From Ptychomitrium polyphyllum (Eukaryota), in NCBI GenBank assembly GCA_973851085.1, contig OZ316776.1:3844001-3908000 (forward strand): a stretch of 64,000 nucleotides of DNA, given 5' to 3'. Position numbers and translations under genes: made by a program. Positions 12,278 through 26,781 of the stretch are shown here, piece after piece (the stretch's first letter is position 1; every line of letters starts with the position of its first letter). The notes below the pieces were generated by a model. That model did not search any database. It was not told the origin of the DNA and was given only the letters and a program-made list of their open reading frames with translations.

Positions 12278-14541
12278 TTAAGCTCGCACGAAGTGAACTG
12301 CGGTTCATTGCAATTCTTGTTCTTCTATTTTTCCTTTCCCATAACAATGATTTCATTGCATGTAAGTAATATACTGTAAATTCTGGTCAGAGTTGCTTAC
12401 AAGAGAAACTCCTCAGTCCGTTTGGGTAAAGTGCCGGGAGAGTGAATTAGTTAGTTCCGAGTCGAGGCTTTCTCTAACATTATGTATTCTACACTGAGTC
12501 AGTGGACAGATTAGTTGAGCAGACTCGATATGTGTATAGATTAGTTTACAGATGAGACTTGTTGTTCACTTTGATTGCCTTTCGCACACGTCAGTCATGC
12601 TGAATCTGTCTGCGAAATGGTAATATTCCTGAGGCTTGGATTCTGCGAAATCACTGTAATAGGGTCTTATGATCAACATGTTAAGGATGCTCATACTTTG
12701 TTAGAGCGAGTATAGCTCGATGGGTTTCATGTTATGGGGGTTTTTTGAATAGGCTCAGAGAATCTTCCAACATCCTTATCATGGTTTCTGCCAACATGGA
12801 TGTAGAGTTGATTATGGAGCTATGTGTTTGTTGAAATCATCAATCTTGGGGAAATGAAAAAGTCCAGTTGCACATTGACTTGGATCTCTTAATTATCCTA
12901 TTTCGTTTCTAATGGCTACTCCAGGTTTTTTGGTGTTTTTGAAAGCAAGTTGTCAACTGCAAGGAACAGACTCTTGTTTCGCGCCGGCCTAAAGTAGAGC
13001 CCTAGAGTGAAAAGTCGAGTTATGTATTAACAGCAGATAGGATTGGAGAATGTCATGTTAAGAGCGGATTCAAAAGCAGGCAAGTGCCATTGTAGCATTG
13101 CAGTATAAATTGTCAAACCAAACTCAGCATTAAAGTTCCTTTCAAAACAAACTTCCGTGTCAAAGTGGTTCAAATGAGTAACCATATTTAGTGTTACATG
13201 CAATTCAATGAGTCACAAATTGGTGTTTCTCATTTGGATGTTACTTATTTTTCATACTTTATTTACCTATTTTTTATGTAAGGAATTTTCCTCTTTAGAT
13301 AGGAGCTCTTACCGATATAATCTGCTCCATACAAGTGCTTGTTTCCACCTAAACTTGTCCAATATAAATACTTATCTTCATAAATGAAATCACTTCCTAT
13401 CTTAATATTGGTAGTTGTTTATGCACTCTCAAAGTCCTCACCCATCGAGCTACAATTACCTCCCCAAGCTTGCTTAAAGGTTAACATGGCTCGTTATCAC
13501 CTTTCTCTCCATCAATAGCCTTCTAATTCCCATTCCATTCTCCTCATCAAGTTGAAGCCATTACCCATCTTCACATCTCAAAAGTTGCAAAATTAGTGCA
13601 TTTTTAGTTAAACGTGCGTTAAAGGACAATCCTGCAGATACTCAGATAAAAATTCCACCCTGGAGACAAATTTGTTTTATGATATTCAAAACCTCTTGAA
13701 AATTCTGTGATGCATGTTGAGTATTCACAGGCACACTCCTTCATTTCATCAAGAAGAAGATTGTTCCACATTATAAGTCAAAGCCAGAAACGGAAGCCTG
13801 GTAGTGAGGGCGATGATAAGGACCCAGTGCTCGGAAGTAAATGTAAGGCACATGGAAAGAATGAGCCCTTTTCAAAAATGATGAGCGACAACGGAGACGC
13901 GTATGACATACCGTGAAGTGAAAGAAAACCAAAACACTTCACGACACATACAAGCCAAGCCTTGAGCCTAACACAAGCTCAATAGAGAGACAGTTCGACA
14001 AATCTCCAGTTGAGGTTAAGATCGTAGTAAGCAAGAAGAAGATGAGCCTGAGTGTGTGACAATACTAGTCTACGGTGGTAGTGTATGGGAGTGGCTGAAG
14101 AAGCTAACTTGGGTGCTGTGCTGTGGATAAGCAGCGGCGAAGTTGCACCACCCAACATCACAGCCTTGGAACCCCTGCTTGAGCGGCCCCCGAATATTCC
14201 TTGGAGGACCCCAAAGGCGTCACCTCTCCACTCTGCTGGGCGAGGGGAGTGGAGTGGCGTCCCAACCAATCTCGGCACCAAGGCAAAGCCAATTCAATTC
14301 TTCATCTTTGGAGTCTCTGAAAGGAGGGAGGCTGGGACTGCAGGCATTAGCTTAGCTGCTGCTTATACATTTTAGGCAGCCCATTCAGTTTTGTCTTTTT
14401 CAACAGAAGAAACACTAGAGTGATGGATTTTGAGTTGGGTTATGTCGGTTTTTACTGAAAGAGATCATTTCACGTGGGAGGTTTTTTTCTTGGGTAGTGA
14501 TTTGATTTCAATAACCTAGTGAGTGGGTGTGGTGCCCGAAA

Positions 14542-17500
14542 ATGGAGTCTGTGCTTTCATTTACTCTGCCGTCTGTGAGATCTTGTCGTTCAGTCTCCCA
14601 GAGCTGCTGCTCCACCGCTTCAGGTCACATAGTTCTGTATTGTAGAGATGCACCATGGCGGGCATTCTGCCCCTGGGGAAGGCAATGCACGTCCACTCCT
14701 AGGTCATGGCAATGCGCCACATTAAGGTGCAGGGAGATGAATTTCCAGAAATTAATCAGGTTGGCGAATTTCAAGAGGCGACCGTCGTCTTGCAAGGCCA
14801 ATGTGACGAATTCTCGCAACTTAGCTGTGGATCCGCAGTCGTCAGGTTTGAGACCAGGCCCCGAGAAGCTGCCTCCTGCTGAAGTGGTGACCGTGTCAAG
14901 CGCGGGCGAGTCTGCATTAGACGAGAGGATAGAGACGGGTGAGATTAGTGACGAGCTTTGGAAGCTGCTGGTATTAGTTCCGGAGCACATAGGGCAAAAG
15001 TTGGTGGCACATCCTGAAATTCATAATTTGGTGGAAATTGTGCTCGACTTGGGTCGCCGGCCTCTGGCGCGCTTCCCTTCTGGTGATTGGTTTATATCGG
15101 AGACGAAGGTGACCGCTCAAGATCTTCAACATGCTATTTCCATGGTACTGTTTCCCTCCTGTATTTTCTTGGTGCAATTTAGGTGGTGATGTCCATGTGG
15201 ATACCAATCATGTCATGTTTGACTGGATTGGGCCTTGAAAGTGATTGATTTTCAGTAGGGTTTGGGAGGGAATCCAAGAGCTAGGGATTTGTTGAATCGT
15301 AATTGAACCTGAAAACTAATGATGTTTGGCTTTTACCAATAGAGCTGATGATTGCAACATAGAGATAATGATATTTGAATATTGGAATCATAGCCTGTGA
15401 GCCTATGGCGATGGTTTTGCAGACTGGGGAGTTTGGGGAGGACAACAGAGCAGGGATTGACCGCACTCTTCATCGTGTGAGTGCAATGCGAACTCGATCA
15501 GGGCGAGTTGTGGGGCTTACCTGCAGAGTTGGCCGAGCTATCTCTGGCAGTGCCGAGATGGTGAGGGATTTAGTGGCAGGTAGTGGATCATTGTTGCTGA
15601 TGGGGCCTCCTGGTGTAGGCAAGACTACTGCGATCAGGTAGGAGGAGAAAGTTATCACATACTTGGATTTCCGAACTACAATGATTTTGAACTCTGGGAC
15701 TGAAATTCAACTGTGGCAACGTCATATTGTGGTCACTAAAAACACATCTTAAAGTTTGGGCTGCAGAAATGTCAAAACTTAGCTCTTTCGGGAGTAAAGT
15801 GACTATGCATTGTAGTAGCATAGCTTGAAGAGATGCTTCTGAGTTAAGTTATAGCACCAGTTGGGTATTTTGGCTTAGCTACCAGCTCAACGTTTACAGA
15901 TGAGTCCTTTTCACAGGGAAATTGCACGGATGTTGGCGGATGAATACCATAAGAGAGTGGTCATTGTGGACACGTCCAATGAGATTGCCGGGGACGGCGA
16001 CATTCCTCATGCAGGCATTGGCATGGCTCGTCGGATGCAAGTCCCCAAAGTTGACCTCCAGCACAGGGTAGACACATTGTTTTACTCTTTAGTATTTCAC
16101 GTCGATTTATATTGGCTTTGGCTTGTGATGTGTCTCTGAAACCACTATTTGAACGTGTTTTGCAGGTTATGATTGAAGCTGTGGAAAATCATATGCCCCA
16201 AGTTATTGTTATTGATGAGATTGGAACTGAGTTAGAAGCAAATGCTGCTGGCACCATAGCTCAACGTGGTGTTCAACTGGTGGGCACTGCACATGGTATG
16301 ACTGTTGAGAACCTAATCAAGAATCCATCACTTCAAATGCTGGCAGGGGGCATTCAGGTACGCATATTAGGTTACTTTTGCATCATGTGTAGGATTGGAG
16401 TAAGAACAACTGTCCTAAAGAGAACGGTCTTACATGTGTGTCGGAAGATCCCAATTGATTAAATGCTCACAAGGATGTTGGGATGGGTGTGAAATTGGAG
16501 GTGGTCAATAGAGTGTGACACTCGGTGATGAGGAAGCTCGAAGGAGACGAGTGCAGAAGAGTGTTTTGGAGAGGCAGGGGCCACCAACTTTCTCATCCGC
16601 TTGCGAAATGATTTCAAGAACCGAGTGGCGAGTGCATCGCTGTTTGGCAGCGACTGTGGATGCTTTGCTTGCTGGTCCTTCCCTTATCCTGCACCACGCT
16701 GTGCACAACATTGTCTACTTTATATGCACACTAAACAGGGCCTGGAAGAATGATATGCTTTCGTACATATACTTTCTACTTTCCTCATCCCAATGATTTC
16801 CATGGCATCCTGTGTCTCACGCAAAGACACTATAGATAGTTCTGGAAAGTTACCATGCTATTTAAATGGTGTGAAGTGTTGAGGGTATAATATGGGCTAA
16901 TCTAATACTCCTTTTCAGAATACATGTGTTGGGTATGGCACGCATTCTTATGGGAATCCTGTTATGCATTTTTCAGGTAAAATGCCTAGGGTAGAGGTAC
17001 GAAAAATGAATGAGAACGGGCAAGTTGTGGTGGGGAATATAAACGAGTACACTGCCCAATCAAGACCTGGAACTAGTAGCTCTGGATCTAGTTCCGCATA
17101 CGCCTCTGACTGGACTGATGAGATTGAACGCGATGACGACGAGGATTATGCGGAAGGAGACTTTGGGGAAGAGAGAGGAGCTGGCCAGTCTTGGGAGCGT
17201 TCAGATGTATCTCCTATTCTCCTGTATCTTCACGAGGTAATCACGTTTCACTAATCCAAGTTTGTGAAGAGTTCACTTTTGCACCTAGTCGTCTTTAACT
17301 GCTTAAGATTATCATTTCATTGTGATTATTCCTCTCTTTTTCCCAGTTAGTATCAGTCATTTGACTTGCTCAGCAGTTGACGTCTGGAGCCGGCTTGGCC
17401 CGTACACACTGCTATGCACCTCCGCAAGATTCCATTCTTTCCTGTTACAAGTTTTCCGCTGAGATCCTCATTAATCTCACATCAGAGTCTTATATGTGCT

Positions 17501-18456
17501 CTGGGTGGTGTTCCTCAGGTCACTGAAGAGTCCTTAGAGCAAGTTATGGACGTCATGGGTTTAGAGAATACGGTTCAGATCACTGAGGACATAGGAGTTG
17601 CTGATGCTGTTCTAGCACTCCGCTCTAAACTCAAGTCGAACTCCTGGGTTCGAGGCATGGCCAAGTTTAGGCAACTTCCTATATTCGTAATCAAGGTTAG
17701 TCGATCATTCTACTGGAGACCTAACATTTAATCATTAGACACTTAACCTTGCAGTAACACTGTTGATTGACACCTGCTGAAATTCTTCGGCCGAATGTGT
17801 CGCAGGCTAACACAATGGCACAAATGGTGAGGGCTATGCGAGCAGTAATGAGTATGGAATCATTAGGTAATAATTCCCTTGTAACCGCCAGCCAGTCGAG
17901 AGAAGACGAAGGACGGAAACCAGATCTAAATTTCAGGCAGTCGACCTCTGAAGAGGATATTGATGCTCTAGAGGTACAAATATCCTTCCAACATGCTCTC
18001 GACAGGCATCTGTGGGTGTGAGCTTACACTGAATTGATTATTCGAGGTTTTAAAATTGTTTAAATTGATTGGCAGCGCGAGGGATGGTGTTGACCTTGTG
18101 ATGAAATAATACATGGTGTTCAGGAGGCACGAGTAGCGGTGGAGCAGATAGTGATACCAAAAGGTCAACCTGCTGAGCTTCTGCCCAGATCCCCTGAAGT
18201 GCTTGCATTGCAAGTCAAGCTAGTAGAAAATTACCAATTAGAATCGGAAAAAATTGGCTCCGAGATGAACAAAAGACTTCGCATTCTTCCCTCACAATTG
18301 ATTTCTAGTAGCACCAGTAGCAGTAGATCCATTGAGCAGGTGCCAGACGAAGAGACATTTGAAGTGGACGAAGAATTCGATTCCGATGTGGAGGATCTAG
18401 GTGTGTCTGTAGCGGGAGGCACAAGCCCCGGAAGACTGCCGATCCTTCCAGAGTGA
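14542..18456 (+). CDS. ycf45: Ycf45-like (SpoIIIAA-type) AAA+ ATPase with C-terminal R3H-like region, probably plastid-targeted; 9 exons: 14542-15144, 15423-15637, 15917-16067, 16166-16357, 16512-16674, 16977-17236, 17519-17695, 17806-17973, 18124-18456
   Basis: Motifs [29 protein letters not shown], Walker [24 protein letters not shown], Walker [23 protein letters not shown] and ELLPR...RLRILP. Ser/Arg-rich transit-peptide-like N-terminus. All junctions are GT-AG and in frame. Confidence 0.92.
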
Positions 18457-20260
18457 AGAAGAATAGACTCTCAACTTGTACATAAATGTACACTCAAGTA
18501 TAAAATTGTTGATGCTTTGATCAGGAGATGCTCCTTTGTCAAGTAGTATCCATCCTTACCTTCTGCGCAAACTTCACATGAAGGTAGTCCGTATGTGATC
18601 CGATCAAATGCTATTTATTGTTATCCTTAATATAAGGTCAACAAACAAGATCTGAAGCAATTTTTGGTATACTGGGGCTGTGGAGAGTCTTGTGAGTCTC
18701 TCTGTGTGAGGTTAATTTTGGCAGGAACAAGGTATTTACTGAGTCAAGTCTGAGACTTATACTGTAGTCCTCCAAAAGGTGACAGAAACAACATTATGTA
18801 ACTGAAACTGATGAATACTGGGAAATTAATTAACAGGCTGTTGATGAATGAAGGTTGTAATCAGCTCTAATCTGAGTAAATCTTTCTCTGCTTCTGAGCT
18901 TGCAGATTCAATCTGTTTTTGCACTGTTTAGCTCCTGAAATTTGTGTGGTCAGAATGCTCATTGAATGTGTGTCAATATTGCAAGCTCCTGCATGGTACA
19001 AGTTACAACTTCCATGGGACTAATTCTGCAACCCACATTTAGAAGAGCCTATAAGAATGGTACTGTGATGTAGAGGGGCATTAATGACACTGGTCATAAA
19101 GGATGCACACTTGTGAGAATACTTGTGAGAGTTCTTTGAACTGCAAATCAACAACTACTAATTTGCATGGCCTACATTTATGTATGAACTTCCATTTCAG
19201 GTTTAGGTGTAACATCAACTTTGTGTGAACACAAATGGCATGTATGGCAATTATGCTACAAGCAATCACACGGAAGATTTCATCAAAGTTCACGAACAGA
19301 GGGCCACCACAATGGACAGAGCCAATAACCCAGTGTCATTTTCAGATGTTTGTAGAAGGGTATCGTGCTGGAAGATCCACTACTGACAGAGAAGGGACAA
19401 TAAGTACTGACAACCTTAGGGATCCACCAGCATAATTAGCATGCTTTCTCAAGGCACTATTGACTTAACAGTCTTAATCATACTTAGGAAATCAAGCAAG
19501 CCTGTATTTTTATTTGGGAAGTACATCTATATCAAACATAGTATAGGTCAAAACCTATGAGCATGGACTTGCAATGCCAATACTAGTTAAAAAGTGTTGC
19601 AATACTTTGTAAGCTCACACTGCATGGAAGTTACTTTCCGTAGTTTTAGTAAAAAGTAATTATAAAAACTTAAGTCAAAGTAATAAGTTCATAGTGTGAA
19701 AATTTTGCAGAAAGTCTGCATTTTTTAATGCTGACATGCATCCTAAAACCCATACAACACCCCAAACTTTGAGTCTGATGTACTTGTTACACACACCCCA
19801 AGTATCCAAGTGCTCAATCATATTGTGCACCCAAATATAGGTATTGTGCAGGCAGTGGCATGGAGGAGTTATATAGCATTCCAAACTCAAATCTCCACTT
19901 CTTAGTGACTTTTGGATGATGTTGCTCCTACAAAACTAAAACCAGACTTGAAGCCCTTGATGCACTGGTTATTGTCAAGATTTGACAAGCAACCAAAAAA
20001 ATGGAAGCCTGAGGTCTTCCATTCCTGGCACAACACAGCCAACCCTCCTGTTTAAGAAACTGGCATCTATTCATCACAACATACACAAGCCCACCCACAT
20101 AGAACCCCAACACACAAGCACCCTGAAACCTGTACATACCAGTACTACTTACAGGATAAGTCCATCTCCATCAGGCTCCTGGACTTCATAAAACAACAGA
20201 CCTTCTCACTAACATCCATTATTTCATCATATGATTTGCCTGTACAAAACCTACCATGAA

Positions 20261-20449
20261 GTTGACCACCATTGCGGCAACCAAACACCAACCTTCATCT
20301 CAATAGACAAGAAAATTCCCCCAAGACAAACACACATCTCTGTCCTTCCACTCATGTTGACCACCATGGCCATGACCGCACACCAACCTTGATCACAACA
20401 GACAAGAAAATTCCCCTCAAGACAAAAAACCTCCTAGTCCTTCCACTCA
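20261..20449. repeat. Imperfect 95-bp tandem duplication
   Basis: GTTGACCACCAT...ACACCAACCTT...AGACAAGAAAATTCCCC...CAAGACAAA...GTCCTTCCACTCA begins at both 20261 and 20356. Confidence 0.8.
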
Positions 20450-21911
20450 ACCCTACCCCCAACTCGTCCTCCACCAAAATCGTATCAAGAAACCAAAAAT
20501 CAAAATCACAGCACATGAATAGATGGCCGCCAGGTACACACATACAGCAACATCTGCAGTCAGAGATCATAGAGAGAAACAAACTAACTAGGACATTTCC
20601 TCATGGCCCTGGTCTGCAACTCAGTGAATGCACATCCATTTCAATAGAGATGGCTTGAAATAACAGAACAGTTGGTGTTCTCATTACAGCTCGTCTTGAC
20701 TCCCCCCTCTTGAATCAATCATTAAATGCCTTAGAAAGTCAGTCTATTCCCCAAGTGTCGCCCTAGCTTCAAGTATCCCCCTTTTTGCATTGTTTATTCC
20801 ATTCTTGATTCATTCTCTCTCAGCTTTCCTCTTTTCTACTTCACTCCCATTTGTTCATTATCCTTTCTTCAGCTTCACTAAAACACTTGTTGCTGATCCT
20901 TTGCCTGTTCAAGCTCAGCTCAGTCATAATAAGCTCTCAACCTCATGCCGATTGTTGCAAGAGCTCATCAAGTGAGCTTGTGACTTCAGTAGAGTGAAGT
21001 AGAGTTGTCACTTGTGAGCACTTATAAGGGAGTTTTTCACTCAAGGTGTGGTGCGAGTTTGAATGTGAGGAAGTAAAGAAGTGTTGGCCCGGCTGCTTTC
21101 TTTTGCCAAAGGTGGTTGTTTCGGGAAGAATTTGCTGTGTAAGTGTTGGCGAAGAACTTAGTTGGCCCAGCTGCTCCGTTGATCGGTTGGGAGAGTTTCG
21201 GTAGGAGCGTAGGTTGGGGGAGCTTTGTTTGTCTTTGCTCGGGGGTTATGTGGTTACGTTGCGTCGAGTTTGAGTCCGAGAAAGTGGTGGTGGTATGGTG
21301 CCTGGGAGGGGAGGGCATGGGATCCATGTGTGCCCGATGTGAGCCCGATGGCCAGCAGCGCGGTTTTCGAGGCTGCAGGATGAGTAACGTGGGAGCAATT
21401 CATCGCCGTCCCTGAGAGAAAACCAGCTCGATTGGCTTTGATCAAGGGGATGCATGTAAGCTGCAGTGAGAGCGCTGAGAGGAGAATCCGTACTCGTAGC
21501 GCGGAGAACCAGTTTAGAAAATTTATCAAGCCTGCTGAGTAGCACTGCAACAACCCAAGGTCGGGTTTCGTGGTGTACAATTCGTGGTGGAGCTCAGAGA
21601 GCCACGCAAAGTTTGCAGGTGATTGAGTTTAATACTTTTGGGTGGGCTGATTTTGATTGCAATCGTCGAGAATAAGAGATGAGTAATTGCAGTGGTAGGG
21701 CTCGGGTGGGGGCGTGGCGCCGGGGAGCTGCGAGGTTGGCTGAAAGTTCTTGCTGCGAGTCGTGATGTGGGGTTTTGCCGTTTCTTGAGTGAAGCGCGGG
21801 ATGAATGCGGAGGAAGAGACAAGAATGGGTTGGTTGCGGCGACAGTAGGTGGGAGAGGAGAGCGAGAGTGCGGGCGTGGGGTCAGTGAGTATAAGTTGGG
21901 TGAGTGAGTAT

Positions 21912-24301
21912 ATGGCCAGTCACGAGGAGAGCGTGGATGTGTCGGCCAAGGCGCTGCACAAGCGCTATGAGGGGCTCGTGACTGTGCGCAGCAAGGCGAT
22001 CAAGGGCAAGAGCGCGTGGTACTGGTGTCACTTGCTGCCGTTGCTGGTGCCGCACCCGGACACGGGTTTGCCGAAGGCCGTCAAGCTGCGATGCTCACTG
22101 TGCAATGCCTTGTTCTCGGCGTCCAATCCCTCGCGGACCGCTTCGGAGCATCTCAAGCGCGGCACTTGCCCCAATTTCAATGGGGTGGTGCCTAAGCCTC
22201 TCTCATCGCAGCAGGGACCCAGATTCGGAGAGTTGCCCGCCGTGACGCCGCGGAAGCGCACTGCGGCGACGTCGCTGGGGCCGCAATCGATCACGCCTGG
22301 AGACCACGCGTCCAGTATGGAGGCCGTGCGCACTAGCACACCGGGCACGCCCTTGTTTCTGGAAGCGGGGACGCCGAGCACGCCCTTGTACCGGCCCTTG
22401 TTGCTCTCTGGAGGCAAAGAGGATTTGGGCGCGCTGGCATTGCTCGAGGACAGCGTGAAGAAGCTGAAGACGCCGGGCGTAAGGATGGGCGATTACCAGG
22501 GTACCGTGGGACCCAACAAAGCGGAGGCGGAGGCGGCCCTCAACCTGCTGGCGGAATGGCTGTACGAGTCGTGCGGCACGGTTTCATTCTCCTGCGTGGA
22601 GCATCCCAAGTTCAAAGAATTCTTAAGCCACATGGGCCTTCCGCCAGTGAGCCGGCGCTACCTCTCGGGTTCGAAGCTGGATGCCAAGTACGAGGAGGTG
22701 AAGCAAGACTCGGAGCTGAGGCTTCGAGAAGCCTTGTTCTTCCAACTCGCTTCCGACGGGTGGAAGAAGAAAGCCACGGGCATGGGGGAGGCGCTCATCG
22801 ACATCACGCTCAACCTCCCCAATGGAAATTCGCTTTTCCGTAGCGTAGTCAATGTTAATACGGGCGCCGCGCCCGTGAAGCTCGTCGAGGAGACGTTGAC
22901 TGAGGCGATCTCTGCTGTCTGTGGACCGTCGCCGGACCGTTGCGTTGGCATAGTCGCCGATGCGGACAGGTACAGTTTGAGTGCATTGGAAGAATTGGAG
23001 TATCGGTTCCCACGGATGGTAAATCTGTGCTGCCAGGCGCAGGGCTTCTGCAATTTATTGAAGGACTTCAACAAGCATCTGCTTCTCTTTAGGTCGGTAG
23101 GAACGGAATGCGCCAAGATTTCTGCTTTCTTCAACAGCCAGCCACAAGCTCGCACGTATTTGCACAAGTATCAGCGCGAGGTAAAGCCTGCTCAATTGGT
23201 TAGAATGTCTCTTCCTCATTTCTCAACTTTTGAGGCCGTACCGAACAGTTTATTCTAACACGACCATGGTATTGTGAATATTCAACTCTGCAGGAATATA
23301 ATGGAGTGAAGCTGCTTCGAACTCCACCTGACCCCCAGTTTGCGGAACCACATTACTCATACGTGCTCGTAATGCTCGATGATATCACTGCATCTGCACG
23401 CGCGCTTCAGCACGCTGTTCTCGATGAGTCCTTTCACCCCCAATTTTCAGATGATCAGCTTGGGCGTGAGGTGGCTGACCTCGTTGGCAGCGTGCGTTTC
23501 TGGTCGGATCTGGAAGCCGTCCAGGACTTGGTGAAGATTGTTAAGGTGACGGTTAACGACGTCGAAGTTGACAGACCTCTTGTGAGCCAGTGTTTGCCGC
23601 TTTGGGACGAGCTCAGGGCGAAGGTGAAGGATTGGTGTGCACGCCATGACAAGGGCGAAGCGTCCATATACGAGCTTATAGAAACTCGCTTTGGCAAGAA
23701 TTATCACCCAGCATGGGCAGCGGCATTCGTCCTTGACCCGCTCTACTTACTCCGTGACTCTAGCGGCAAGTATTTGCCGCCTTTTAGATGCCTGACTTCC
23801 GAACAGGAGAAAGATGTGGATCGCTTGATTACGCGCCTTGTTGCAAGAGAGGAAGCTCACATTGCGTTAATGGAATTGATGAAATGGCGTGCAGAAGGGC
23901 TTGATCCACTTTACGCTCAAGCTGTGCAGGTGAAGGAGCGGGACCCTTTAACTGGTCGAATGAAAGCTGTAAACCCCCAAAGTCGGCGTCTAGTGTGGGA
24001 GACTTGCCTCAGTGAGTATAAATCTTTGGGTAAGGTGGCTGTTCGGTTACTGTTCTTGCACGCTACGAGCTGTGGGCTTAAGTGCAATTGGTCGATGTGG
24101 CGGTGGGCGTACAGAAACGGGAACTCTCGCCTTGCAATTGACAAAGCGGAGAAGATGATCTTCATTGCATCGCATGCCAAGCTGGAGCGCCGAGACTTTA
24201 AAAATGAAGAAGAGAAGGATGCGGAGCTTTTCATGAATGATAACGATGGTAGCGATGAGATCTCAGACAAGGTTTTCGTGAATACACCCCGAACTCTGTA
24301 A
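21912..24301 (+). CDS. Domesticated hAT-transposase-derived protein (BED-like Zn finger plus DUF659/RNase-H-like core) of a conserved land-plant family; exons 21912-23180, 23294-24301
   Basis: Motifs KRYEGLVTVRSKAIKGKSAWYWCHL, LRCSLC...SNPSRTASEHLKRGTCP, FFQLASDGWK, NYHPAWAAAFVLDPLY and KVAVRLLFLHATSCG. One phase-0 GT-AG intron, intact frame, no TIRs seen. Confidence 0.88.
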
Positions 24302-26122
24302 TATTGTTGCTAGCTGCTCCCATTTCAACTGTAGATGACGGCACACGTAGACAGTGATATCTTAGACTAGGCGTAGAGCCAATTTTTCGTGCTAATCCTG
24401 TGCTCATGTGTACATTTTGAGGTGTCTTTTTATTCTTCTTTTTTAATGAATTGGGAGAGGAAGGTTAGTGTTAAGAGTAGTTGGCAGCAGGAAAGGCTCA
24501 GAATGCATGATGCTGGACCCTTGTAAGTGGGTCGAACTGTTGATTTTGGAGGATCACACTGGGAGTGGTTCGTGGAGTTTTCTCTTGGCTTAGTAATGAA
24601 TTAGTACACGGTATAGGGTTACAGTTCAGGAAGATTGATTGCCCATGAGGCCACCACCCAGATGTAACAGATTGATAAGTAAATTTTGTTTCATGATACG
24701 GCCAATGTTAGGTACAGTAGTTTAACATTCCCGGCTGTGGAGTGGTTGCAAGCCATCAGGTACTTGCTGTGCATTATACAAATGATTCATCAATCATAGA
24801 CACATTCTTGTAACACTTCTTATGCTGGGTAATCCTCCACAATCTTATTACCATGTTCATTTCCACTTGTGAAGACCTGGATCACTTGGAACTTATTTGT
24901 TGTTCTGGTCCCTAAGATTCTCTCCTGTATGATGCGTGCTGTATTTGAGCCCTGCCGAGGTACTCTGATCTTATACATACGTGGTAATGAAGGAACACTG
25001 AAGTCTAGGGATTTGTAACCGTGACTGCAACCAATGATATAATGATAATTGGATGTTCAAAGCCCCTATGAGTTACACAAATTGTGGTCGCTTCAGCTGT
25101 ATAACTGTATTTGGTGACAGCTGCCATTATATCATTGCAAATTTCTTGCTTTGACTCTCATCCTTTCGGTGCTTACTGCCCAGTACTAGTCTGTCGAATT
25201 ACAGGTCGAAATGGTCGGAACAGACTTCAACGGAGAAACAGAGACACAAATATTCTAGAGAGAATGAATGCCTCTTGTCTGCTTCTGTTCTGCAATGATG
25301 AAAGCCTTGGCTTTCCTGCTTATATCAATCACCATGTCTTTAACAGTTAACATACGACATCATGTCAGAGTATTCCTAGTTGATAAGCAACGGCATCGCT
25401 TACAATACTAAATCAAATATTGGTCAGCGATGCTGGTGGTCAGCGGTTCAGCTGGAGTAGTACTTTAGCTGCAGAGTATGACAGTCGTCACTGCTCCAGA
25501 ACTAGAGTAATTCCAAGCTATCATAGTTAGCTTAAAATTCGAACTGCTGTAAGTCAGTGTAGCTTGTGGTACCTCACAATGCAGCTGAGGCTTGGATTTC
25601 CCTCGGGATGCATGCTTCCGAATGATACCTGTAAATAACATTATGTCAAACTTGCTGATTTTATCGGGATCAGCACGAAACGGTGGTCACTGCTAAACAT
25701 CAGAAGTTATCTTAATTGGATTTGCAGACTGCACAAGCTCTGCAGATTGAAGAGATTCCAAATTGTGGGGCTTCGGGAAGGGCGAGTCACGGTCCGGTCT
25801 GGCGTCCTTGGGATGGGGGAGTAAGTTATGAAGGAAGGACCTTAACTCTGACAAAGTCAAGTCAAAGTTTATAGTTGTTCTTCACCGGCTGAGAGGCAGG
25901 GCACTGGCCAGGACAGCGCAGAGCATAGCAGAGGCTTCAATAAGTGAAGGTGCAGGGAGTCAGTTGTACAGCGGATTACAAAGTGATTCATGTTCTTCCG
26001 CTTTGTAACTTCTACCTTCAGGCCTCATCCAGCTCGTCAAGACTGCACACAGTTGGTACTGGCCTTTAGATTCCACACTCCATGTAAAGATTTGATTATG
26101 AAGCTGGGGAAAAGCAATTGCT

Positions 26123-26232
26123 TGAGTGGGAGCTGAGCAGTCTCCGTGAGTGGGAGCTGAGCAGTCTCCGTGAGTGGGAGCTGAGCAGTCTCCGTGAGTG
26201 GGAGCTGAGCAGTTTCCGTGAGTGATGAGCTG
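26123..26232. repeat. Minisatellite, 24-bp unit TGAGTGGGAGCTGAGCAGTCTCCG, 4 copies plus a partial copy
   Basis: Units start at 26123, 26147, 26171 and 26195 (one substitution), followed by a partial copy at 26219. Confidence 0.97.
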
Positions 26233-26781
26233 TTAGCATAACTTATTTTTACATTTTTTTGGAAACACACACAAAGTTGAGGATGGATGGAATATTCATA
26301 ACCGCGGTTGACTATGAGTTTTATAATCTTTTTTTTGCTTATTTTCATAGGTAGTAGAGTGTAAGAAAGAAGATTTTCAAATGAAGGTATTTTTTTGATA
26401 ATTTCATTCTACATATTAGAATTATTGCAATTTTTTAGTGTAAAAAGTACTTTAGAAATTGGAAGTGCAATATAGCTTGATCCAAAATTGTAAAATGTGC
26501 TATGATAATATTTATGATAATATTCTAAATTAATACCTACTTTTAAACATAGCATTGGTTAATTTGCTTTGAAACTAATCTAATGATCTTATAAGTAGTA
26601 TTTCAAGAAAGGTCTACAAATAAACTTCTGAAGATTCTTGTGTTTTGAGGACAACATATCATAATGAAAATGAGGACTTATAACTATGAAAACATGATGA
26701 TATCAAATCTAGTATGACACCTACAAATACAAATTTTTTGTATCTTCAGTAGATCATTTTTCTTAAAAAGGAATTGAACGT

